Assembly: GCA_951406725.2 (NCBI GenBank)
Contig: OX597834.1
Span: 1,054,001 to 1,118,000, forward strand
Length of the DNA: 64,000 nt
Reading direction: 5' to 3'
Source of the DNA: Octopus vulgaris
Lineage: Eukaryota
This document shows positions 12,135-25,656 of this stretch, one piece after another. Each line of letters begins with the position of its first letter. Positions within the stretch are counted from its first letter, which is position 1. Under the pieces are notes generated by a model, which saw only the letters and a list, made by a program, of their open reading frames with translations, was not told the origin of the DNA and made no database searches. The position numbers were made by a program, and so were the translations under genes.

Positions 12135-12938
12135 GACAGGAAGACTGAAACCTGTGGAACGAGATGCGCTGTGTACGGTGAGGATTTTGTTATGGAACTT
12201 TTGTGCAAGAAGTAGTTTACCAAGATTTTGATCCGGAAATTCTTCGGTTCAAGATGCAACTAAGATTAACAGCGCCACAAACCCTCATTATATGACTATA
12301 ATGATCGCACATGTATACCAAATATCCAAATCGTAAACCATTTACATTTAATTGATTTCGTCAGTCGGTTCGATATTTGGGTCAACTGAATTAAGCCCAA
12401 CGGGTTTACATATGCGATTCGTTGCAGAGAATGGTGGAAGGAACGAAAAATGGACCGTCTGTAATAATATGAAGCGAAAACGTTTATATAGGAAGCGTGA
12501 CGAACCACCACAAACCACCTTCAAAGCAGGACTGGACCTGAAGAAGGTTATGCTTTCAATTTGTTGGGATTGAAACTGTGTTGTCTTACGGACATTGTCT
12601 TTCATCACGACAATGCCGGACTGCACGCTTCTTAGCAGATGTAACAGAACTTACTGAGGATTGGCTGGGAGGTTTTGCTGCACTCTCCTTATTAGCCTGG
12701 CCTTGCAACTTCCGATTTCTACCTGTTTCGGTTTCTTCAAAATTCATTGAATGGACAGACCTTCAACTCTGAAGAGGATGTAAAAGTTCACCAGTAGGGA
12801 ATAATGGATCTTCTGTCCACAAAATGGCAGACGATACTGGAACGATACGGTAATTTTATTATTGATTGGGTAAATAGCTTTGAGTTTAAAACTTGTGTCT
12901 TATTTTAAAAACCGAGCAGACATTTTGGCCAACCCAAT
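12135..12938 (+). mobile_element. Mariner transposon remnant with 3' TIR
   Basis: EKWTVCNNMKRKRLYRKRDEPPQTTFKAGLDLKKVMLSICWD, then FHHDNA and YSP.LA-like remnants; ends ACATTTTGGCCAACCCAATA. Confidence 0.85.
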
Positions 12939-13241
12939 AATTTTACCTGTTTAACTATCCAGGTAGAAGTGTTTTTGATTTTATAGATAAATTTATTCGT
13001 GACTTGTGGAGAAAAACCATCAAGCAGCAGAGTATTCCGGGAGAATTTGATGTTTTCCACTGTGGAATATTGGCATCGAAACTAAAGAGAGAATATATTA
13101 TAAAAATACAGATACAACGTTTGTGATTCAAAGGTTACAGTAAATTGTATCGCTATAATTACTGGAGTAATTAAAGATAGCTAATTGAATTTATGATTCT
13201 ATTTCTTCTGCTGTTTAATGTAGGAAATGAGTAGACACACA

Positions 13242-13336
<95 letters not shown>

Positions 13337-13769
13337 TTGCAAAATACAAATAGAAACGGTTATTGATGAGAACTGTACTGCAGTTGATTAAAGCAGCAAT
13401 ATAACACACACACAAATCTCACTCATACATTCATGCGCATACACACACATCCTACACACATACACCGCACACCGCACCCCCACACATAAACATCTCACAC
13501 ATACACAAACTTGCATATCTTACACATAAACATACCACACGCACATACAAGCACACGTCCATCTCTGTGAGTCTATGTTGACTTGAGTGAGTCTATTTGT
13601 ATGTGTGTGTGTGTGTGCGTATTTCAAAGCGTGTTGATGACAGTGTAGCTGTATGCTTGTATATATATGTTTACATATAAGTGTGTCTGTGGTTGTGCGT
13701 ATGTATGTGTTTGTCTGAATTTCTATAGATGTCTGTGTGTGTGTATCTGAGTAGATATATGCATGTACG

Positions 13770-13803
<34 letters not shown>

Positions 13804-14878
13804 TGTATGTATGTATGTATGTATGTATGTATGTATGTATGTCTTCTCTCTCTACATATCTATCTATCTAACTATATATATATATATATATATACACATA
13901 CATACACGCACACATATATGAACCTGTGTCTGGGTATATATGTTTGTATATGTATGAGTGTCTCGTGTACTAGTCTGTATGCACATGCGTCTCACTATAC
14001 ATCTAAATATATGTGCTTATATATGTCTGTGTATACACACACACACACATAAAAATGTAATTCTATATATTACTACACAGCGAACACTTCCAATTGACGT
14101 GTAGGAAATGGTGAAAGACTTCAACCAAAAAATCTCAACATCATGTATAGAATTTTAATTTATTTAATATTTCGTGTGACATTTGACAGAAAGTAAAAAC
14201 ATTTAATAGCTTTAAGGATATTACAGTGATAAATCGTGTATATATTTATAGAGTGAGCGTATGAAATTAATTTTTACGCAAGCCGATAGTTGAGTAAATT
14301 ATGTGGAGTTTCTGGCCACAGACCGGACTGTCGGTTGTGTTCTGAAGATATTTCATTTCGCGTTCTTCCTCTTCACTCAGCTGCAGAAATGAGTTGCAAC
14401 TTTACTGTAACCAAGCTGTATCGGCCCCTTTGCCTTTTCCTTGGATGACATCGGTGGTTGGAGAGGGGAGGCTGGTATGCATATGCAACTATTGCTCTTC
14501 CACAAACAAGCTTACCTGGACTTGTGTTTTAGAGGGTAATAATCTAGGGTCGTGCCGTCTAGGTAGGCAAGGTTGGCAGTGCCTACCATGAATAAAATAG
14601 ATAGAAAGCAATATTTTCCTTTTATGACTAAATATGTACCTAATTCAATAAAATATGCCCGTGCTTTTCAGTCTCAGAATTTAAGCTGCGTATAGTAGTG
14701 CCGTGGTAAACGTGATGCGTTCACTCCTACAACACCGTTTTCTTTACGTGTAATAAAGGCAGAGTAAATCTACTTTCATCTCAGTCGCGTGTCTCTGCTT
14801 CGCTTATTTGTCTCTTGTGTTTTAATACGTAAAGGTTGCCAACTGCCTACTGGCGGCATGTGCCTGATATATATATAT

Positions 14879-14972
<94 letters not shown>

Positions 14973-15022
14973 ATGTATATATATATACATACATACATAT
15001 ATATATATGTATGTATATATAT

Positions 15023-15084
<62 letters not shown>

Positions 15085-15399
15085 AGCTGATATTATTTGT
15101 AATTTGTAGAGTTTTTTGATGAGGCAAAAGCGACAGTTCCACGCTCCAAACAAATGATGGACGCTTTGTTGAGAATGCTCCATGTTAATCTGGGTTGTAC
15201 GAATCCCGTTACATATATATATATATACATACATAAGTGCATATATATATATATACATATGTACATGCTTGCTTACATACGTACGTACGCATAATTATTT
15301 TCTCTCCACTCTCTCTTTCTCTCTCTCTCACAGACACACACACACTCACGTATATGAAATGCGAGTCATATGCAATTTTTTTCCCCAGTTCTGTTCAGA

Positions 15400-16870
15400 A
15401 TAATTACAGGAAATCTTACATGAAGCTCTTCAATAACATCAACGAACAGATGATAGATAACATCTCACTCACGTCTACATGGATTCTCTTTCGTTCCCAA
15501 AACTTCAAGGATCATATGGGAGATGAGATTTACTCAAATTGCAACAATCAGTTTGATCAAACCGTCTTAAGGGCGAATCAAGAAATTCATTTTCTGTAAA
15601 GTATTACTCGAAACAAACAAGTTTCTCCTTTATGTTCCTGAGAAATAACTGTTTTTATTCTTGATGAAAACGGAAGCAGCTTTTTACAGTTTGATATATT
15701 TTACGCTTTTGACTGATGCAATCTATTCGCTGAATATATTTCAGAAGAAGAAATTTAAATCTTTCTTAGGAGAAATTCCGGATCAATAGATAAGCCGGGG
15801 ATCATTTCAGCCCCTGACAGTGAAACATTAGAGACCTCGTTAGCTTTAAAATGATGCACAAATTGAAAATATGATTTCTGCTTTCATGGACGGTTATTTT
15901 TATCGTAATGGTGGGATTTTCATCCTAACCGATGTTAACGCACATACGATCGTTATTTTCAGTAAAAAGTATCCACAATTTCTTTAACGATTTGGCTTTC
16001 AAGTGTCAAGTATCGAAATCTCTCCAATTCTCCTTGTTATATCAAACCTACAGAAACAGTTAAATATATCCATAGATACTTTAACCACTCCAGAGTTTAT
16101 ATTAATCGTACCTGAATTTCGTACATCTGACTTCGGCTTTCTCAGTTTTTCGCTAATGGAATAATTTTTCGCAGAGGCTACAAATATTAGACAGAATTCC
16201 TGGACAGAAATGGCAACTAATGGACAGAACCTATCAAAGCTCCTCAATAAAAAACGAAAATAGAAACAAGCATTAACTGCTTCTCACCTTTCAGGTATCA
16301 ATCGCGCATTACTGACTCAAACCGTCTTGAAGCGGCTTAAGAAACATTTCCCCATAAATCATAACTATTACCAAATCTTTAATAGAAATATGATTAATGT
16401 TTTCTGTTCTACTAACCCAAGTATTGACCATAGTTTAGTTTACTAAAACATCTCTAAACACAGTAAACAGCAAAACCATCTCAACCCGCAGACCAACATT
16501 TGCTGACTGCGCTGAACACATTAACTGCTCACCCCCCCCCCACATTCTAACTGCTGGGATAGAAATATTGCGCACAATGTTTCAACTTTAAAGCTGACGC
16601 CAGTACGACACTAGACCCATTTAAATCAAGGTTTTATTCAGACATGCTTTCCTTTAGGAATACCGACAAAAGCGAACAAAATCCCTAATTTTTTCCCTCA
16701 CATATTTGCTTGTTAAAGGATAATTCAATATTCTATCAGATTAAATGAGCGATACATTTCAGATCAAAAGCATATTCAGCTCTTAATAAACTTTGCACCA
16801 TAGACGGCCACAATATCCTGTTTACTAAAATCAATAAGTCAACAACCAATCAGAAAAGATTCCAAAGTTC
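15400..16870 (+). pseudogene. Decayed Penelope-like element ORF (RT linker and GIY-YIG region)
   Basis: 16333-16435 reads RLKKHFPINHNYYQIFNRNMINVFCSTNPSI (cf. PLE motif KHFP..H...KIFNRNTVKVSYSC.PN). 16620-16670 reads FKSRFYSDMLSFRNTDK (cf. FK.R..NH..SFR). Many frameshifts; boundaries approximate. Confidence 0.7.
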
Positions 16871-17440
16871 ATTCACAGTAAATAAATTGTACAGGTTTTC
16901 TTTTTCTTTTCTTTAATATTTTTTTGGCCGACCGACGACCAACCCTACACTGGTAACAATGCTCTATATCTCTTTCTGTATGGATGTTGTATTCGCTCGG
17001 GATTTTATACTCCATTGTTTCTGAGAGTCGTTTCGTAAAGCACTTCTTCTCATTCTTAAATCCTCTCCTCAAACAATTCCACAACATCCGCCAATATTAA
17101 CGGCTGTAAATGCACCAATGGCGTCGATTCAGTTGTGTTTTTCGTTTGACTTTGATTCAGTCGGTATTTTAACTGACTTCGTTCAAACTCCATTTTTGAT
17201 TGATTCCAAGACGATAGTCAGAGGTGTTTAGAACCAAACACTAGGATCATTGATCATTCTGTAAATGGTGTTTTTATTAATCACAAGAAAAAAACAACAA
17301 CAAATGAAGAAAGAGAAACAAATTACACGTTACAAACGTTTTGTTTCGAGTGTGATTTATTTGACACGGACTACTTCTGCGTGAGATATCAACAGATGCG
17401 TATGTGCACTATATATATATTTATATATATGTATGTATAC

Positions 17441-17585
17441 ATACGCACACATATATGTATGCGCATGTGAATATATACTGATGCGAGTTTACATTTATGC
17501 ATACGCACACATATATGTATGCGCATGTGAATATATACTGATGCGAGTTTACATTTATGCATACGCACACGCGCGCACATATGTA
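17441..17585. repeat. 60-bp tandem duplication (2 copies plus partial)
   Basis: ATACGCACACATATATGTATGCGCATGTGAATATATACTGATGCGAGTTTACATTTATGC at 17441 and 17501. Confidence 0.9.
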
Positions 17586-18771
17586 TGTATATATGTTTAT
17601 ACGAATGTGAATGTGCATTCATCTTTTTTTTGTGTGTATATATATATATATATATATATACATAAATGTGTGTGTGTGTGTGTGTGTACAAACAAAGGAT
17701 AAAAAGGGAGAGAAAGAAAGCAAGCAAAAGAAAGAAAGAACAGGGAGCGTCATGAGGTTTTAATTGATGAGCTTGTAGCGGTGTTAGATTAAAACCGTCC
17801 CCCAGTTCGGCCCAACCCTTTCCCCACTCTTTCGGCCCAACCCTTTCCCCCCCTTTCGGCCCTTCCCACTTGTGTTAACCTCCTTAGAACGTTTCTTTGC
17901 CAATATCTTTACTGTTTGCTTTCAATTGTGTTTTCTTTATAAATGTTTTTCTTCAGTCGACCTCGCTAGGGTCTCTTAACTCTTCTTGCAGTTGATCGTT
18001 CGACGACATTGAAGATGATGATGATGGTGATGATGGTGATGATGATGATGATGATGATGATGGTGATGATGGTGATGATGATGATGATGGTGATGCATAT
18101 TGCCAATGGATAACAACAAAAACACACTGAGCGAATATTTACTTAGTATTAATGGCTCTAATAAAATAACAGGCTTCTGAATGATAACAATGGTGTTGAC
18201 GATAAGATCGCCATAGATGCTGGAAGGGGACAAAAGGATGAGGGAGACGAGGAGAAGGATGGAGACGATTATGATAATGATGGTGAGGTAGAGGGGAACG
18301 ATAATAATAATAATAATAATACTGATAAAAAATTACTACTGCCAGCCCTACTGTTAATACTACGACTACTACTACTGATGATGATAACAATAATAATAAC
18401 GGTAATGATGATGAAAATCTGGAATCATCATAAGATGATATCAAATTGGAATGTCCCTGGAAAAGATATTCTGGGATTCTTGTTTAAAAATCTCTTAAAT
18501 AAGCAGAGAGGATAGAAAATGGGAAGTTGACATGGATGAGAAAATAGCGGAGATTGGTGAAGAGGAGGGAAAGAGCGAGTAATTGTAAAGCTATTGGATG
18601 CTGGAAACTATCCTGGAAAGTATTAACTCGATTCTTAGCGGATGAAATATATAATTTTGTGGAGAAGGAGAGTCTGTGTTGCTGGAGGAACAAAAAGGAA
18701 GCAGAAAGAAGTCAAGGAATGGATGTGTGTGATTTTATATGTGCATGTATGCGTGTATGTGTGTGTGTGTG

Positions 18772-18830
<59 letters not shown>

Positions 18831-19227
18831 TCTATATATATACTTATGTGCGTGTGTGGATTCGCATGTAAGTGTATGTATGTATGTGTAAATATGTGCA
18901 TACAAACATATATTTGCAAATACGATACTATTAACAAATACTAAAGCGAAATTAACAAAAAAGAGATTTTGCTTGATAAAGAAACCGAGAGCGAAATCGA
19001 GATTTAAAAATCCCGTCACCGAACGAGAGCCATCTGTTAGGCAGCAAAATAACGGTTAATAAGAAATGGCAAAATGCAAGTCAATCAAAAACATATCGAA
19101 GCTGAGCCACATCAACGAAGAGAGGCTGTACAAATCCAAATCATAGAAGTTCCCGTCGAAAATCGCAGCGCCACGAAACTCGTGCCACGTGATTAGATTT
19201 CAGTTTCAATTGATTCTATTTATGTAT

Positions 19228-19402
19228 CTTATTCTTTTACTTGCTTCAGTCATTTGACTGCGGCTATGCTGGGACACCTCCAGAATGGGTTTTGCTCGAA
19301 GAATTGTCACTTCAGGACTTATTCTTTGTTAGCCTAATACTTATTTTATCGGTCTCATTTGCCGAACCGCTAGCTTACGGGGACGTAAACACAACAACGT
19401 CA
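19228..19402 (-). mobile_element. SINE 3' half (22809 family)
   Basis: Reverse of GTCCCCGTAAGCTAGCGGTTCGGCAAATGAGACCGATA...CCAGCATAGCCGCAGTCAAATGACTGAA. Confidence 0.8.
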
Positions 19403-19469
19403 TGTATATATCTATCTAACTATATATATATATATATATAGGGGACAGATCTAATGTAGCTATAAGTCG

Positions 19470-19685
19470 TGATTGGGCAGAATCTGAATGACATCCCGCT
19501 ATGCTTGACTAACGAAGCGACTGGTCAAGACAGGAAACAAACAAGAGGGAGTTATAATGCAGCGATTGGTCAAAATAATGATGACGTCCCGTTCCACTTG
19601 ATTAAAGCCACCTAACGAAACGATTGGTCAAAACATTGATGACGTCACGCTACGCTAGATTGACCACCTAACAGGCATTATAAAA
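19470..19685 (+). promoter_or_regulatory. Putative Pol II promoter: repeated CCAAT (ATTGG) plus CRE-like units and TATA
   Basis: GATTGG at about 19470, 19564 and 19622; TGACATCC, TGACGTCC (19582) and perfect TGACGTCA (19640); TATAAAA at 19679-19685. Confidence 0.45.
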
Positions 19686-20006
19686 CCAAGCATTTCACAA
19701 AAAATCACTAGAACCACCCAGCGAACTTCCACCATGGATCATCACAATTGCTTAAGGTAAAAATGAATTCCTCGCTCTTTCGGAAACATCAATCTTCTGT
19801 ATTGACCGCTTTCCACCACTTTGATCTGTTTTTTGTATTGAATACGTATCGCCACCGTGGGCCACTGCATCGAACACTTTGAAATATAAACTTCAAACTA
19901 TATATCAACTATACATGAACTCTAAGATGTCTGACTCCGTTGTGTATTATAAATGAATTTCTTGTGTTTGACGGCATGAGCTGTCTCTTTTTATATATAA
20001 CTTTTT

Positions 20007-20045
20007 TTGATAAGGTTCATTTCAGGAACTGAAACATGTTATAAT
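20007..20045 (+). ncRNA. Minimal hammerhead-like motif, U3-A8 variant
   Basis: TTGATAA GGTTC atttcag GAACT GAAA CATG TT; palindromic ACATGT stem III; stem I poor. Confidence 0.55.
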
Positions 20046-20102
20046 GTATATATAAAAATTAAAAATTGTATAATACAGCAGCATTTTCAAACTTCATTTT
20101 TT

Positions 20103-20271
<169 letters not shown>

Positions 20272-20289
20272 CTTGTTGCTCATTTTTTA

Positions 20290-20648
20290 GTTTAGAGTGC
20301 CATTCACTTCACAGCAAGGTTGTGAAGGAACGCATCTTATTTCGTTCATCATCCATTAAATCTTAAGAGGGTTTTGCAGATTCCTATCGTCTCAGACATC
20401 CTGATAAGTTTTAGTGCATGAATTAAGATTCTGCAATCTCTTCCCAAAATCCCAAGTTCGGTCATATTTTGGTTAGACGGTTTGCTATAGTTCCTCTTGC
20501 ACCAAGAATAATTGGCATGAACCTGAACGTTAATCTTGGGTAGTGGGTTTGCAAAGTCCTAATCAATCGTTTACATATCTGTCCTCTTTTGCTCGTATTT
20601 TATAACCACATTGGTGTCCAGAGGGCAGCTAACTTCCACAACAGAACA
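20290..20648 (-). mobile_element. R4/Dong-like non-LTR retrotransposon 3' end (restriction-like endonuclease)
   Basis: Minus strand, frameshifted: CSVVEVSCPLDTNVVIK/IRAKEDRY...LIRTLQTHYPRLTFRFMPIILGARGTI. Confidence 0.7.
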
Positions 20649-20654
20649 TTATAT

Positions 20655-20714
<60 letters not shown>

Positions 20715-20813
20715 TATATTAAATTAGAGACAAAACCACTATTATGCAAATCAAACAAAGAAAGACTTAAGCCAATACATAAAATAATTGATATAATTAA
20801 ATTTAATTAAAAT

Positions 20814-20867
20814 AACCACTACGATCGTTTCGTGTCAGCACTTCTATGAGACATTCTTCAGGTGGTT
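20814..20867 (-). ncRNA. Minimal type-I hammerhead ribozyme
   Basis: AACCAC CTGAAGA ATGTC tcatagaagtgct GACAC GAAA CGATCG TA GTGGTT; A.C mismatch at the base of stem II. Confidence 0.75.
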
Positions 20868-20940
20868 TCAAAACCTTCTTTGCAAGTTTTAAACTATGAA
20901 CTCATAGTTCATAGTTTAAAACTTGCAAAGAAGGTTTTGA

Positions 20941-20994
20941 AACCACCTGAAGAATGTCTCATAGAAGTGCTGACACAAAACGATCGTAGTGGTT
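20941..20994 (+). ncRNA. Hammerhead copy with G12A substitution (likely inactive)
   Basis: Same as the minus copy, but GACAC AAAA CGATCG TA. Confidence 0.6.
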
Positions 20995-21177
20995 ATTTTA
21001 ATTAAATTTAATTATATAAATTATTTTATGTATTGGCTTAAGTCTTTCTTTGTTTGATTTGCATAATAGTGGTTTTGTCTCCAATTTAATATAATATAAT
21101 ATTTTACTATAAAATTGGATTCAATCCTAAATCTGATTTTTCCCTGTAAATTTGGATTTATTCCCTAATATTTATTA

Positions 21178-21211
<34 letters not shown>

Positions 21212-21372
21212 CACATATATATATAAACATATACATATACACATATATATACATACATTTATATATAAACATATATATACATATATATACACATACATAC
21301 ATATATATATAAACATATATATGCATATATATATATACACACACACACACATATATATATACACATATATAC

Positions 21373-21409
<37 letters not shown>

Positions 21410-21430
21410 AACATATATATACATACATAT

Positions 21431-22076
21431 ATGATGGCTGCCCACTCGTTATCGAGTATGGCCATTGCATAAAGGTTAACTGTTATTGGTACTGTGATCG
21501 AATGTAACTTTTATTTGCTTCTTAAGGCTACAGCCAGCTATTCAGTTGAGACTCACAGTACTATCAACAATCATGAACAATGTTGCTATCGTGCAATGCC
21601 TGTGCAAGGAGATTTTTTTTAAAGTGAGGAAAGGCTGTGCACTGAGTCAATCCCACTCACTAAGCAACAGCAGCCATAATCCGAAAAGAAGAACAAATCA
21701 ACATCATCGGTAACCACTGAGCCGCAGGTTTTATGTCGGAGTTATCCCAGTTACCTGAGTTACCTTCTTCTAGAAAGATGCCCTAACAAAGGAATCCTTC
21801 ATTCCCAATGGTTTAACCGCGCGATCGGGTATTCAGTCCGATTATTTCTATGTCCCCACGCATGATACAGCCTTAAGACATTTATTGGATGGCCGTTGAC
21901 TCTCAAGAGTTCCTCCGCCCTTTGAGGGGTTTTGTTTTTCATCCCGCAGGGTGTCCAACAAACACCCTCCTCACGAAGCAAGCTTGGTGGGGTTGCCGGT
22001 CTAGTCGCCGACGACCCGACCACGCAACAGGTTGTACTGGGTTACGTGTTACCAGTAGCACTCGAAAGTGACCTGA
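21431..22076 (-). mobile_element. Non-coding interspersed repeat, probably an RTE-derived non-autonomous retroelement
   Basis: Second copy in opposite orientation at 36348-36598; ends CTCGATAACGAGTGGGCAGCCATCAT next to AT microsatellite. RTE assignment is inference. Confidence 0.55.
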
Positions 22077-22077
22077 C

Positions 22078-22277
<200 letters not shown>

Positions 22278-22584
22278 GTGAGAGAGAGAGAGAGAGATCA
22301 TGGAAGAAAAAGACAAGTTGATACAGTAATTACTTTCCAGGAATATTACGCTTCATAAATTATTCAATATCTCTCAGTGTACATCATGCTGAGATTACTC
22401 GAAAAGAATGAAATAGTGCTGTACATGACTGCCATTCACTGGACATTTTCGTAAGTTTGTAATATGTAAACAAGAAGAGAGAAAAAGCATCGTGTATTCT
22501 CAGTATCATTTTATTTCATAATTGGTTAATTTAAAATTCAAATTTCAAATCCCGTCAAATATTTTATAAAGATGATTATCTCCC

Positions 22585-22735
22585 TTCTATGACAGTCATT
22601 GGACTGCGACCATGTCGGGGTACCGCCTTCAATTATTAGATTTAGGTTGGATACTTGTTCTATCGGTCACGTTTGTTGAATCCCTAGATAAAGGGGACGT
22701 ATACAAAACAATACAGGTTATCGAGCGGTGGTGAG
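22585..22735 (-). mobile_element. Degenerate SINE 3' half (22809 family)
   Basis: Reverse complement resembles 23140-23290. Confidence 0.6.
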
Positions 22736-22808
22736 GCAAAAATACAAGACAAAAACACACATACATATGCATTTTGCTGCACGCACAAACACCACACACA
22801 AACACACA

Positions 22809-23018
22809 AAGAAGGTTGCTTTCCAACCACATCGTTCCGGGTTCAGTCCTACTGCGTGGCACCTTGGGCAAGGGTCTTCTATTATAGCCTTGGGCCAACC
22901 AAAGCCTTGTGTGTGGATTTGGTGTGTGAAACTGAAAGAAGCCCGTCGTATATATATATGTATATATATATATGTATATATATATGTATATATATATATG
23001 TATATATATATGTATATA

Positions 23019-23051
<33 letters not shown>

Positions 23052-23054
23052 GTC

Positions 23055-23091
<37 letters not shown>

Positions 23092-23299
23092 TATATATGC
23101 ATGTATGTAGATGTTTGTGTGTCTGTGTTTGTCCCCCCACCATTGCTTGACAACCGATGTTGCTGTATTTATGTCTTCGTAACTTAGCGGTTCGGCTAAA
23201 GAAACCGATAGAATAAGTACTAGGCTTAATAAGAATAAGTCCTAGGGTTGATTTGTTCGACTACATGGGTGCTCCAGCATGACTGAAACAAATAAAAGA

Positions 23300-23301
<2 letters not shown>
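22809..23301 (+). mobile_element. tRNA-derived SINE with internal microsatellite
   Basis: TTGCTTTCCAACCACATCGTTCCGGGTTCAGTCC head, CCTTGGGCAAG core, internal AT/GT repeat, tail ...GACTGAAACAAATAAAAGAA. Confidence 0.85.
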
Positions 23302-23365
<64 letters not shown>

Positions 23366-23504
23366 ATGCCTATTCAAATGTACATACTTATATGTCTATA
23401 TATTCATCCGTCTTCTGCAGCTGAACCTTGACCCGCAAATCCAAAACCATTCCCGCCTCATCTCATCACCACTAAAATGGCCAACTTTGCTTTCGTAGCA
23501 GCCT

Positions 23505-23538
<34 letters not shown>

Positions 23539-23732
23539 CATCAGTAGTAATACTAGTAGTAGTAGTAGTAGTAATAGTTGTACTGATGGTGGTAGTATTA
23601 GTAGTACAGAGCTACATCCACGACAACAAATTCTTGTGATTTATTGTCGTATTATTTTGTAGGGGAATGAAAGTCAAGAATATGCATATGGTGTATGGTG
23701 TACATGAGTGTATACGTGTATGTGTGTATGTC

Positions 23733-23809
<77 letters not shown>

Positions 23810-24143
23810 TTATGTGCGGTATGTATCTTGATATATCTCTGTTTTTATGTCTGTGTGTGTGTATGTCTATGCGTGTGTCTTTCCACATGTATGTCCATGT
23901 GTTGTGGCCTGATGTATGCGTATGTGTGACAGTGTCTTTTTGTGCGTCTGTTTTGCGTATGGGAGAGGCGTACGTTATTAGATCGGGAATATGAGGACGG
24001 AGAGAAAGAAAGAGAGAGGGAGGGGGAATGAGTTATAGAGACAGATTAATACATATATATACATGTTTCTATATATATACATGTTTCTATATATATATAT
24101 ATATACATGCTTGTATATATATATATAAATATATGTTTATATA

Positions 24144-24200
<57 letters not shown>

Positions 24201-24825
24201 ACAATCATATATATATATATATATATACAAACGTATAAATATATATCAAACATATATGTATATATATATATGCGTGTGTGTGAGACAGAATTTGAGAGAG
24301 CGAGATGACAGTGAAATAAAGAAGGTAAAAAATGCAACAAAACAGGCAAGAAATGATGGCGGAATATATTTAATTGGAATTGTCACGTGATTGCTTCGTT
24401 TACACGATCTCGAGCTTCGAATAGATATTCTTTATATAAACACAGAGAAAATTTACATTTAGGATACGTTGGTTCCATTGTAGCGTTGCTGTACCATTGT
24501 AGATTGGAATATGGTGCTTTCTTCTGGATACAAAAGACTTTGTCATAGTTTGGGAATTGGTCTTGGGAAAAGTAGAAAATGTGAGGAGTGTGTGTGTGTG
24601 TGTGTGCGAAGGTGTTCTTATACATGTGGATATTTGTGTGTGTCTTTATGAGGTGTATGTGTGTATGAGAGTGTGTATTTGTGTGTATACTGTGTGTGAG
24701 CGCATATGAAGAAAGAGACCGGGCAAGGGAAATAATCAGATGGATATACCTGTGCAATTAAATATATATATGCAAAGATAGACATATAGACATATATATG
24801 CATGTATAGTCATATATATGTATAT

Positions 24826-24875
<50 letters not shown>

Positions 24876-25125
24876 ATATTTATGCATATATATATATATA
24901 ACATACACACACACACACATATATATTGACATATACACATGCATACACTCATGCATAAACGCACATTGACAAATAAACATACATCCATACATACAATGCA
25001 TTATTTCATATTGCTTTAATGAATTATAAACACGCATCTATATATGTGCGCACATACCACCTATCACTCATGTACATCACATATATGGGTGTATACATAC
25101 ATAAATACATACATACATACATACA

Positions 25126-25158
<33 letters not shown>

Positions 25159-25329
25159 GTATGTATGTCTGTGTATGCGCGCGCACATGTATGTGAATGT
25201 GTATATTATAGAAATCTCTGCACGTTTCTGTTTAAAAATATTGGATGTACAAAGTCCTCTAATATATTTTTAATGTATTTATAATCTTAATCATCTTTCT
25301 TATTGTTGCTATTATTAATATTATTATTA

Positions 25330-25363
<34 letters not shown>

Positions 25364-25364
25364 G

Positions 25365-25597
25365 ACATACAGTAGAAATACAAAATGGCTGACGGTAAGT
25401 AAGGAGAGACAGAAATAAGAAAGAAGAAAACAAAGGACCACTGATGCGGTCACAGGAGGGTGACGAAAGAACTCTGGCCGAAATAAGATTAAGATTAATG
25501 TAAAAAATAAATAACACTGAAGCAAAATAACACCAAATATATAGTGCGTGTGTTTTTATTGGCTAAACTGGCAAAATGACCATTCCGAAATATAACA

Positions 25598-25598
<1 letters not shown>
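25365..25598 (+). mobile_element. Solo copy of the 43803-44966 element in (ATT)n
   Basis: Collinear with 44729-44963; contains CCA CTGATGCG GTCAC..GTGAC GAAA GAAC TC TGG; ends CCGAAATATAACAA. Confidence 0.85.

Positions 25599-25654
<56 letters not shown>

Positions 25655-25656
<2 letters not shown>

Larger units (their letters stand above)
20712..21176 (+). mobile_element. Fold-back hammerhead element, family A copy 1
   Basis: Arms of about 190 bp (20712-20902 and 20906-21095), 3-nt loop, unique tail to 21176, TA tracts both sides, hammerhead in each arm. Confidence 0.85.

Noticed and set aside
15116-15142. TTGATGAGGCAAAAGCGACAG hammerhead-like string
   Set aside because: GAAA is missing and the 3-8 pair is mismatched; too degenerate.
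17441-17585. Possible CRISPR-like repeat
   Set aside because: Head-to-tail duplication without spacers, in eukaryotic DNA with no cas genes.
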